In this document: positions 53,695 through 64,000 of the stretch, piece by piece
Layout: every line of letters starts with the position of its first letter
How positions within the stretch are numbered: position 1 is the stretch's first letter
Source of the DNA: Marsupella aquatica
Taxonomy: Eukaryota; Plantae; Marchantiophyta
NCBI GenBank assembly: GCA_973895155.1
Contig: OZ316891.1
Location: forward strand, 11,285,875 to 11,349,874
DNA: 64,000 bases
Direction of reading: 5' to 3'
Program-made: the position numbers and the translations under genes
The notes under the pieces: generated by a model
Database searches by the model: none
What the model saw: the letters and a program-made list of their open reading frames with translations, nothing else
Told to the model about the DNA's origin: nothing

Positions 53695-55010
53695 CACTCT
53701 TTACAGTATTTAGTCTCACACACTCTAATTAGTGTGAGGTTATATTTGAGGTAAGTGACTGTAATTAGGGTGTGTGACACTAATATGGTATGACACTAAT
53801 TTTGGTCACAAGTCAAATAGTATCACACACACCTAAGTTAAAAAAGTAGAATGGATAATAGTCAAAATTTGCTTATAAAAAATGAAAAAATATGCACAAT
53901 ATTTGATTACAGTTTACAAAATTTATTACTCAAACATTGAGAAAACTTCAGAAATTTATAACTCCATCCATGTACTACTCAAACATTGACCAAACTTCAG
54001 AATTTATAACTCCTTCTCACATAGCACAAAATTGCAGTTTGGGGTACTCAACCACATTGAGCAAACAAGATTTGTTTAATTGATTCACTTCTATCAACTA
54101 TGAATAATACATGCTATCTCACATAAGCCACAAACTAACATCCTTTTCACTCTCTTACAACCTGTCCCTTGTGGCTCATCCTTGCAAGACGGCGTATAAC
54201 CCCAAGAGAAGTGGGTTGAGTTGGCTCTTCACCTGCTTAACCAACATCAGGAGCCACTTCAACATCAATGTCAAGGCCAACTCGACTCCTTCAAAATTCA
54301 CTCGATACTTCGCTATGATATTCTGAAGCTCAGGTGTAAGTTGATTTGGGACTATACACCATTGACATTTAGAGACAAACTGGTGTTTATATTTGAATTT
54401 TGTGCATAAGACATGCCATGTCTGTCAACATAATTGTTCACCTCAGCTATAGAGTCCCTTGCCAATGTCAAAAACCAATGTTGGCCTGGATTTATCAATT
54501 TCCCAGATCATGTGCCTTGTGTCCCAGTCCCCACATTTTTTGGGTCTTCATTTATCATTTTTTGAAGTGCAACAAGGATCGGATAAGCCAAAGGAGACGC
54601 AGATTAATTCCAATGACATTTTCACATACTTAGTCTTGGGCATAGCCTTGATTCTCTTTCCCTTGCTCTAGAAAATCCAGCTATGATGACCAATCCATTC
54701 CCTCCATGTTATCAATCTGTCAACCTCTTTTCACAAAGATTGACAAGCTAAAACACAAAGAACCTTTCTAAGAAATACACACAATTAAAGAGATGTCATT
54801 GGTAGTCTGGATAAATTTGGAGTGGGTCCACTTTAGGGTTACCACCAATAACATTGTCACCTTTAGTTATCAATATTTTTCAATATGTTAATTTATTTTT
54901 CAAAATTAGGGGTGGCGGTAAATAGTGTCACTTGGCTGAAAATCAAGGACTACCCCCAATTAGTGTGTGTGACACTAATTGTTTCGTGACACTAAATACT
55001 GTAAAGAGTG
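53695..55010 (-). mobile_element. Non-autonomous Tc1/mariner (pogo-like) element
   Basis: TIR CACTCTTTACAGTATTTAGT / ACTAAATACTGTAAAGAGTG flanked by TA at 53693-53694 and 55011-55012. Minus-strand remnant EVNNYVDRHGMSYAQ...QLTPELQNIIAKYRVNFEG (~54470-54285) resembles a pogo-like transposase C-terminus. Confidence 0.85.
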
Positions 55011-55144
55011 TAGTTGAAAAACTGTCTCCAACAGCATATTTTAGTGACTTTGGTCATGCCTAGATGGAGAAGAGTTTATATTATTTTGATGTGATTGGGT
55101 TTCATTGCTCAAACTATAGTATATGCTACTCTGTTAAGTGGATT

Positions 55145-55283
55145 TGGAGGATTGGGGTTTAAGGGATCTCGTCGCGCAACCAATTATGCTGCTCAAGCAA
55201 CCGCAGAAAATGCCACGCGAGCTGCCATTCAACTTGGATTTAAGTTTGTTGAAGTGAGAATCAAAGGATTGGGTTATGGAAAG
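55145..55283 (+). pseudogene. rps11: Mitochondrial-type ribosomal protein S11 fragment (probable NUMT)
   Basis: [44 protein letters not shown] is the S11 core. Lacks both termini. Confidence 0.8.
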
Positions 55284-58200
55284 GTAGATTTCAGAACTGG
55301 TGATACATTACTATTTTGTTTTCATTTGTGATTAATTCATGCACCTGGGCATTTTGGACTATCATTTCAAGTTTAAATCGCCACTGTCCATGACAAAACC
55401 TGGATCCACCAGGTTTTACCATTTTTAGCACCTTTTTTTTTAAGTAGTGGAGCAAAATCTCACCCTAGAGGAGAAAATGTGAAAAAGTGAGAAAGTCTTG
55501 GGCACTTCTCGTTTTATATGGACAGTGGTAGTTCAATATATTGTGATTGGATTTTAATCACTTCTTAGTCAACCGTTAGGGAGAAATGAGGGTGGCACTG
55601 CTTCCCCAGCCCAAATTTAGGATCTCATTTCTATATCGAGTTTAGGGTTGGCTTTTTTCAAGACACCACTTAGTATAAATTGCTCTGGCTATTTCAATCT
55701 CCATTGGTTTACAATCTACCAAACTTGTAATACATGTCATATGGAGAGTTTAGTCTTAGATCTAGCAGGAATTTTTAGGCAATGGCATGAGTTGTTAGGG
55801 TTTTAACCACGACCAATTTCACTTGAGCTGTTGATGTCAATGATCAGGTTTTGATTATGTATCAAAGTTGCTCTGCAAGCACTATTTGAATCTAATGTAC
55901 TCTGGTAACATCTTGTTTTTGACAAATAACCCCCAAAATAACCTAGCTCTCACATTCTTGAAACATGTCAATAATAATACACATAGTGTTGTATTGGGCT
56001 GAATGAACATAATACTTGTGTTGGGGTAACATCACCCCAGACATCACTTGAAAATGTTGAGGGTAAAACAAAGCATCCATATTAAAATTTCACTAGACTT
56101 ATAATGAGATGATGTCAGCATTTGTGATTTGAAGTTTTAAAAGTTTCTCACATCACGAAACCTGATTTTGTAACTTTCTTTGAAAACTTGCATATGAATT
56201 TGGTGCTACTTATGAGGGTTGGCTCAACAATTTCATGTTATGGAGGGTATCATAAAACTCAAGGGTTTCGCCTCAATCCATAGAAATGTCAGATCACATG
56301 CAACGAAATATATGGTCATTTTATTGGTTCAAAGGGAAGACTTAAGAATTTTCTCAAAAAAACAATAGGATTTTTAAATCCAATTTTGAGACTTATAAGA
56401 ACATTAGGGTCCTTCTAATCAAAATTTTGAAATATTCCAATAATATTTCAATTGCATAGGGATTGAAAATAATAAATTTTTTCTTACATTTTATGGGGTC
56501 TGAGGCCTAAAAACATCGTAGGTGATGGGGAGGCCTTCATATAGTGAGACCCCTGAGTCATAATTAAAATCATGGTAAAATTCAAGCAGGATCCCAATAG
56601 CATAAGGAAAAGTTGGAAAATTCTGATATATTAAAGAGATGAAAACATGGGTTGCAAGGTAATGTATTCCCCATTTGTGTGATAGTAGTCTAGTAGCAAA
56701 GAAAACTATTCTCTACTCTTCATGACCAGCAATTGATATCTTGACCCTATGTAGTCTAGCTAGCATGGAAGAAAAGCTACTATGTCTAAACTCTACCTGT
56801 CTTAATCATAGTCTTTTTTTGATATTGGGTGTCTATTGCTTTGTAAAGGGCACAGGCATTTGTTAGATATTGCTCTAGTCTTGTGACTCATGAGCTAACC
56901 ACAGTTAGTCTAACTCGGGTTAGAACTTAGCTAATGTTAGCGGTAATGTTGTTGTGCATATAGTCAGGGCTGATGCCAGACCCTGGGTGGAACTTAGGCT
57001 CGTTGTTACGGAACTAGTTGAGAGAGGGAGAGCTTGTGCTGTGGATGCTTGGTATGGTCGGTCGGCCTAGAGTGGAGTAAAGCTCTTGTGTGTTCCCGTG
57101 GATGTAGCCTCATGTGGAGGTGAACCACGTATCTCTCTGTGTCGACTATTGTGCGTTGGATGGTTCATGGGCTTGTTATTACGAATGTCATCTATGCTCA
57201 ATAGCATTCACTATTCTTTAGAGGAGAGGCTGTTTGTTTCTAGGCCTCTAGTAGGATTCCCTTGCTTGACCCTCCAATGCAGTTTACACACTCATGAGGT
57301 ATACTAGGTAGGGTGTAGGAGTATTTTAGTTTTTTGGTTCCTTAGCTTTTCTTGCCTTGGGCTTTTGCCATGGTACTTTTGGCTTTTTATTCCTCTGCTT
57401 TTTCTCCCTTGATTGGGTTTCTTGCCTGAGGGATTTTGTATCCAGGTTGGGCGCTCTATATTTTTTGGGGAGTTTGAAAGTTTGAAATATATCTTTTTGA
57501 TGGGGAAACTCTTGCGTGTCGAAGTTTTGTATATCATATCAGTTGGGTATACTGAGGGTCATGAAATAATCAACAGAGCGATCGAATAATTGACTGAGCA
57601 TAATTGTAGTAGTTCGTCGTGCAGCTTGCGTATATGCAGACCAGACAGGCAACCATTGATGCTCACACCACAGCTAGATTATTTGCGATCTACAAGGACT
57701 ATCAATATGACATGTCTGAGGGGACAGGACGCTGTGATCGAGACTTCACACAAGCATTCGCGCGACGAGAGTGTCCAGCTGGTTTGTTCTTATGTACTTA
57801 GTTATTGTGAACTACAGTACAACGAAGTTGGGGCAAATTCACAGCCAGATTTTTTCGTACCTCTATTTACGCTTTTGCAACTGAATTGTACTTCCTACGT
57901 ATTTGCTATATACTTCTCTAACAGCCTACTAGAATCTGGTGCGAGCCTGGAAGAGTGCGGAGCTTGCATTTGCCCACATTTCGAGGTGCTGTAAACTCAG
58001 TCTTGGCTCTTGCTCCCTCGCGGAGTATATTAAACAGAACCTCGAGTGATTATGATTCCACGGATGTACGCTGAAGATGATGAGGATATGGCTTGCAGAT
58101 CGACTAATATCTACTGTGTTTATGGGAGTCGAGAAAATCGAGGTCTATTCCTGAAAGCCGAAAGCTCACAGATCATACTCTATACTAGAGCCAAACTCTT

Positions 58201-58799
58201 GACGATGATTGGTGACCAATCGCTCAGAAGAAGAAAATTCAGATTTAATAGAGAAGATTGACACCGAACAGCAAATAAGAAGAACAGCAAGAAACACAAC
58301 AATTAAGACTGAGAGTTGTCTGCAGGATGCTTAAAATTGTTCAATTCTCAGAGCTGGCACCTGAAGGTTAGCGCATAAATTAAGGACGAAGATGGACTCT
58401 GGGAGAATTAGAAGCAAGTAATTACTATCTCTCTGAAACATACTTACATAAATGTCTAAGAGACAGTAACAGTCACAAAGTATTCTGGCGTTGATCAATC
58501 GACCAGCCTTTAGCTCCAAACGGACCAAGAATCTAGTTCTTCCGAATGAGGAAATTAAGGCTGCATTTTGTTACTGCGTAATTTATCTCCAGCTCAGATC
58601 GTACTTGAACTCCCTTCGGCTATTTCCTACCTAAAGAAGAAGCTGGCACACTCAGTTATTAGTCACTTGCAAGACCTTGGTTTCCGCGTAATTGGTCTCT
58701 TGCATTCCTGCATTGTTGCAACACCTCTGGCAACTGGGAGTTTAGGTGGACTGAGAGCACCCCTGTTCTTGACATTCAAGCAGTGATGCATGTGGAAGA

Positions 58800-59948
58800 G
58801 GAAATCATGAACACAGCAAGACCGATTGGACGTTCGACTAGCACAGAAACAACGAAGTGGGATGAGACTGCAAGTCTTCTTCCTCCTAAGTTAAGGGGGA
58901 GGACATGTATTGGACTGCCGGGTTAGAAAGCACGTAGGCTACAAATGCAGGAATTTGTTTCTCAAGACTGTTGAACGTTCAAAAATGTTCAAACGAAATC
59001 AAACGGGCTCCTCACGACTACACCAATTCTTCAACTCTTGAAGAAACGTGAAGAAGGTTTGAATCATGGTCGGATTTTCAATTCCGCTTGAACACAGTTC
59101 CAAATCAGAAGCTGTAAACACTAATGACCCCAAGCTATTGACAGCCACCAGTGAGCAACTCAGGAGGCCAATTCAGCTCAGACAATGCGAACGACTCGGA
59201 CAGTATGAAAAAGCTCCACACTGTGACAGTACCTCTGGGACAGTATGAAGAGCTCTCCTATCTGGTCTGGATCCAGGTATTGGCCTGATCTCAAAAATGG
59301 TGATGATATATATGGCCGACCTAGCTTTCGGCTCGCTGTGGAGTTGAAACTCGAGGTCAGACACGAAATCATCGAGGGGACTAGTTCATACACAAAGCTA
59401 CTGTCTGTCCTAAAGAATTCTGTGGTAGAAAACACTGCTTTGATGACACAAACAACGGCCGGTGATTACCTGCATGATGTTTGGATCGGCTACGAAGGAG
59501 ACTACACCTAGAGTCATATTTCTGGCATGGGTGCAGAATCAAATGACTCCTGTTTTGAGAAACGCCGTCTTTGACATAAATACCTTAGCAATTCGGTCCA
59601 CAGAGGTTCGGTCCGGCAAGAGGTACCTGCCAGATGCTGGCACACCATGCAATGAAGCCCCTTGAGGACCTGATTCGTGAGCGTCTGAGTAGAAGTATGG
59701 ATCTCCAGATCCGGGCTTCCTTTGAAAAGCTAAGAGCTCGATTTGCTGAGAGATTTCAGAAGGCACTTGTGGAAGTTAATCAACTCGTCAAGAAAGATAT
59801 CCAATTGTTAGGGGTATATGAAGGGCTGACGATTAGCTGTGATGTTGGAAAGTACTTGCAGTGCAATAATCTTCTTGAACGAGGTAAACGTTTCTGGACG
59901 AAGATGCTGCCATTCTTAGACATTGCATTTCCAGACTGGTATACATAG
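58800..59948 (+). pseudogene. Decayed coding region of unknown function
   Basis: Overlapping protein-like ORF pieces (59066, 59245, 59462, 59634) broken by stops and frameshifts. No family recognised. Confidence 0.4.
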
Positions 59949-61379
59949 AAGTTAATCCATTTCGACGTGCGTCATCAAATTCAACGCACACCTTGATATT
60001 CTAATTAATAGATGCATGCGAAAGTCAATTATGTAATAAACTAAGCCCAATAATTTTTTCCGAAATGTCGAAAGCTATCTGGGATTGATGGGCATTATTT
60101 ACACGAAAGGAACTTTACTAGTACATTGATTTTGTACTAGTGAGTACTCAGATCTAGACTGAACTAAGGAAGATCTTGTTGTGGGCGGTCGACTTCTAAA
60201 TTTTCAGCTGGTGTCTGTACGTTGAATAGAAGTGGGGCTCTGTATTTGTATCCGTTGTTTGTAGATTGAGCTCCAAATATCCATCGATCCGTTTTTAGAT
60301 ATCAAGCACAACATGTCGAGCTCTGGAAGCTAGACTCTGTACTCTTGCCTGACCTGCCTGAGTACATGATATTTAGGACTGTTAATCGATCCACTGACCA
60401 TGATCATCCATAAGCATCGGCAATATATTGATCAATGTATGAATTCGATATATTTGAAGCTATGAAAACTCAATACGTCGGTGGCAGCAGGGAAATTCTC
60501 TGTGCTCTCGCTGGAACTTGGTATTCGGGTCGATCACACAAAGTGGCTTGGTAATTTTGATTGGGTTATTTGGGGGTATTTGCAGCTAACACGTCGAGAC
60601 ATGCATTCTCCCAATTTGCGGTAATTAATTTATATGAATTTATGTCCTAACTGGTCTAGACAGTACAAACTTCGGTACCTCTGGGTAGAAAAGTATATGT
60701 GGTGTCACGAGATTGAAATGACTCCGCGTGAGGTGCATGTGTAAGGACTACCCGTATACAGTAATGCGTCTCAAGGTACAGGACGGTGTAATCGAGAATT
60801 TCGAACCATAGCGAAAGCCTAAAAAGGCTGCATACCCGATCAAAACCGGACAGGCCTGCACCATTTCTTTCGACATCTCAAGATTGTATATGTAAATTGT
60901 CATTCAAGTTAGTTCGTCCTAATTTTTCCATCGGCACCAGTTATGGAGCTATGATATGGATTGGAAAAGCCGAGGTGTAGCTAACTGCTTGCGATGTAGC
61001 TAGGATGTGTATTTGTTAGATATTTCACGCGGCTCAATCAAAATTCTTTCTGCAGGTTTTGAACAGGCCTCGGACCGAGCTGTTGATCATTCTGATACGT
61101 CTGTAATTAATCCAGGTGTCCTGATCAGTATACAGTGTCCTGGTCATCGTCCCACACAGATTGAGGTCGCTAAATTAGACATATTATCTCGAGGTGGACT
61201 CAACGTATATGGCAATGGACCTTACATGCATCTGGTTGCTAAGTCTTATCCGAGGTGATTGAAGGTTCAAAGAGTTGAACCATAGTCGTGACATCTAGTT
61301 CATGCAACAAGAATTTGGAGCCTGGTTGAGTGACTAGCTTCAAGCCATCGATCTAAGTTCATCGATCTTGAGATTCACA

Positions 61380-64000
61380 ATGAAAGGTCGCTCCGGTGGA
61401 TCCAAACATTTCAGATGGGGTCTAGAGACCAGACTCTTGCTCGTAGAAATTTTGACGATGGTGGACAAAGATCAAGCGGCCAAACGCTGGACCCGGCGCT
61501 TGATTAATGCAACTCCTGCAGCTGAACTTTCAGTTGCACAAACAGGAAAGTGGGAGGAAGTGGCATCCAGGCTACCACCAGTCTTCAACGCTATCGATCC
61601 CTCACGGCGCGGTACAACTTGCTACTCCCAATACAATCAGCTCCGCCAAAGATTTAAGTTCATGAGGCTTGACCATCGTAGCCGCTACAGGAGAGCTAGT
61701 ACTGGGAAGCGAGATCCTATCATGACCACTGAACTATGCTGGAAGATAGCAGAATATCTGGATAGTCGTCGTCCTCGCAGACGCCCTGGACATCAAGTTG
61801 CTATGAGCATTCTTGACAATGAGCTCTGCACAGCCTCAAACCAAGTAGTAGCCTCACTCGACGATGGGCTTCCTCTCCTTGAGCAGAGCCACGGAAAACA
61901 CCTTCCAGCAAGCAATGACAAGCAGCTGATCTACAGTACAGTTCATTCTAAGCTGGACCATGAAAGTCAAGCAGTAGCACTCAAGCGTGGGGACCATCTG
62001 CAGTATCGACACGGCCAGGCCAAGTTTATCAGGAAAAACGATGTTCCAGAGATGAGGCTGAACAAGGTCCCAAGAAGCGGTACATACAGGTGGAGCGAGG
62101 ATGCTCGCTTGCAGGTAATAGAGGCTGTGAAGACGATGGAGGACAAGCTGAGCCAAGATGGGCTAATCAAGAACTGGAGAGAGATAGCGGCAAATCTGCC
62201 AAAGCATTTGTTCTGGGACATTGATTTGGACCGGTTGGCCAGCATTGCGAAGAAACAGTTTGCTGAACTGAGGAGGAGATATCGAATCATAATGTCCGAC
62301 GGCCACGACACATCAGGCACTGCGCTACCAGTCAAATTTAAGACCTTGACAAAGAAAGTGATTCAAGCGCTGGCAGCGTATGAAGAAGGTTGCCTTCAGC
62401 GCACTCCATCACGAGCTCCTCTACGAACCGTTCGTAAGCTCTGCAACAGAAAGGAGAACGCTCTCTGGGTCACAGTTACACCGTCAGACGCTCTGAATGC
62501 AGAATATCTGGGAGCGGACTTGGGAGCAAATGGACCTGTTCGAGTGGAAACTTTATCTAGATCAGGACTGGGCATTGATCATGAGAATGATTCGTTCGGA
62601 GGGGCCTTCGTAGAATATGATCCAGTTTGTGATGACTATGGTCGCGACGAGGAGCACAGCATCGTCCCCAACGATTGTAGCTGGTCTTCGGGTTATGACG
62701 AGAGAAAAAGTGCTGACAGGCAAACTTCTCCACGGGAATGCAAGAATAGCGAGAGTAGCTATTCCAAACTCCTTGAGAGTGAAGATCATGCTTATGCTGA
62801 TGCGTGGGAAGCCGAAGAAGTCACCAACAGGGAGCGGAATGAAGGCCACTTTTGGTTCGACAATCGGCAGTCCGAGTACCTAGACCTTCAAAGTAGACAG
62901 ACAGTGTCATCACATGCTTATTCAATTCAACCACATCACACTACAGATCATAGCGAGCGACGAATGTTAGAGAAGTGTCTCCACAGACAGAGTGGCTGCT
63001 CATCAGCTATTTCTATCAGCTCAAGCGACAGTGATCCAGAATCTGACTGCCACGAGGACGGCGCTCATCTGAGAAATCAAGACGGCCGCAGTGAGAAAGG
63101 TCGACACAGCCAATCATCGGCTAACAGCGATTCGGAAGAGAGCTTGAAGCAGGGCCGGCATCCCAATTCGGACGGGAATAAGAAGGGTGGCTTGCGGCAG
63201 CGACAGACTCATTGGCAGAGAGGGAGACCATCAGCTGTTGATGAAAGAGATTCACACTCTGGAAAAGATAAGAACCCTGAGAATGGCTCCGAGAGCAGTG
63301 GGTACCAGTCCGAAAGCGATCACAGTCCAAACAGTGATCAAGAAGAGTATGATTCTGTATCTGAAAGTGATAATGAATCAATGAGCCACGGTGATGCACA
63401 CTCTCCATCGCATTCTTGGTTAAGGCTCAATAATAACTCTGAGAGTGGAAACTTTGAGCAAAGTGAGCCCACAGAGTTTCTGAACATTGGCGAAAGGCCG
63501 GAAATCTTAAGCTCGAAGACTAGGTGTGCTAATAGTCAGTGGGGTGAGACTGCTCGACGGGGCCACGGGACTTCTCGAAGTAGTCATCCTCAGCCGAGGG
63601 GCCCACTGATTAATGAGCCAGCAAAAATGAAAGGAGAATTCAAGCATGGCGAGGCAATTCCCTCCGGCACCGTGGAGAAGATGACGGGTAGTACTTCAGG
63701 GCCAGAGCATGATCAGACACTTGAAGGAACTCCAGTGGTGGCGAAAATGCTGAGGGGGGTGGATCTGGAATTCTCCAAATTGAACTGGTGGGTTCAGCAT
63801 CAGCTTCCCCTGGAGAGAGAGAAGATCAAAGATGTCATAAGGTCAGTAAGCATCCCAAATTCTCCGAACAAAGCGGTGGGATCAGAAGGAATATGTGCTG
63901 GGGCCGTCAAGGTTTCTAGGCTGCAGCATCAAATCAGATGGGTCCTCAAGGCCGAGCTACAGCGAGTCCGCCTAAAGGTTTTTGAGGAGGTGGATAAGAG
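61380..64000 (+). CDS. Double trihelix (Myb/SANT-like) DNA-binding protein, >=873 aa, runs off the window end
   Basis: Manual translation from ATG 61380 has no stop to 64000. Repeat 1: FRWGLETRLLLVEIL...KWEEVASRL...TCYSQYNQLRQRFK. Repeat 2: YRWSEDARLQVIEAV...NWREIAANL...AKKQFAELRRRYR. Followed by a long S/D/E-rich region. Confidence 0.8.
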   Translation, partial: MKGRSGGSKHFRWGLETRLLLVEILTMVDKDQAAKRWTRRLINATPAAELSVAQTGKWEEVASRLPPVFNAIDPSRRGTTCYSQYNQLRQRFKFMRLDHRSRYRRASTGKRDPIMTTELCWKIAEYLDSRRPRRRPGHQVAMSILDNELCTASNQVVASLDDGLPLLEQSHGKHLPASNDKQLIYSTVHSKLDHESQAVALKRGDHLQYRHGQAKFIRKNDVPEMRLNKVPRSGTYRWSEDARLQVIEAVKTMEDKLSQDGLIKNWREIAANLPKHLFWDIDLDRLASIAKKQFAELRRRYRIIMSDGHDTSGTALPVKFKTLTKKVIQALAAYEEGCLQRTPSRAPLRTVRKLCNRKENALWVTVTPSDALNAEYLGADLGANGPVRVETLSRSGLGIDHENDSFGGAFVEYDPVCDDYGRDEEHSIVPNDCSWSSGYDERKSADRQTSPRECKNSESSYSKLLESEDHAYADAWEAEEVTNRERNEGHFWFDNRQSEYLDLQSRQTVSSHAYSIQPHHTTDHSERRMLEKCLHRQSGCSSAISISSSDSDPESDCHEDGAHLRNQDGRSEKGRHSQSSANSDSEESLKQGRHPNSDGNKKGGLRQRQTHWQRGRPSAVDERDSHSGKDKNPENGSESSGYQSESDHSPNSDQEEYDSVSESDNESMSHGDAHSPSHSWLRLNNNSESGNFEQSEPTEFLNIGERPEILSSKTRCANSQWGETARRGHGTSRSSHPQPRGPLINEPAKMKGEFKHGEAIPSGTVEKMTGSTSGPEHDQTLEGTPVVAKMLRGVDLEFSKLNWWVQHQLPLEREKIKDVIRSVSIPNSPNKAVGSEGICAGAVKVSRLQHQIRWVLKAELQRVRLKVFEEVDK

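Noticed and set aside
56930-57560. Possible solo LTR or LINE tail
   Set aside because: T-rich TE-like composition, but no TSD, TG..CA pair or coding motif could be confirmed.

Overview
Eukaryotic land-plant nuclear DNA, with spliceosomal GT-AG introns, plant transposon families and a GT37 glycosyltransferase. A non-seed plant such as a liverwort is plausible, but that is inference. The window is dominated by nested transposons. The best-defined structure is a complete 15.6-kb CACTA/En-Spm element (6061-21683) with 15-bp TIRs and a CCA target-site duplication (TSD), confirmed by an empty paralogous site at 24123. It carries a disabled TnpD transposase, a multi-exon TnpA-like gene and, unexpectedly, an intact ORF encoding a stand-alone EDM2-type PHD-finger chromatin-reader module. 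It is inserted into one of two adjacent ~2.2-kb long-TIR non-autonomous elements. The window also holds two truncated CACTAs with a different, shared terminus, a divergent frameshifted HECT E3 ligase gene, MITEs, a pogo-like element, an L1 LINE 3' end, LTR-like debris and a mitochondrial-type rps11 fragment. Two likely host genes are present: a two-exon GT37 fucosyltransferase and a long double-trihelix (Myb/SANT-like) ORF that runs off the window end and is missing from the ORF track. All family assignments come from motif recognition, not database searches.
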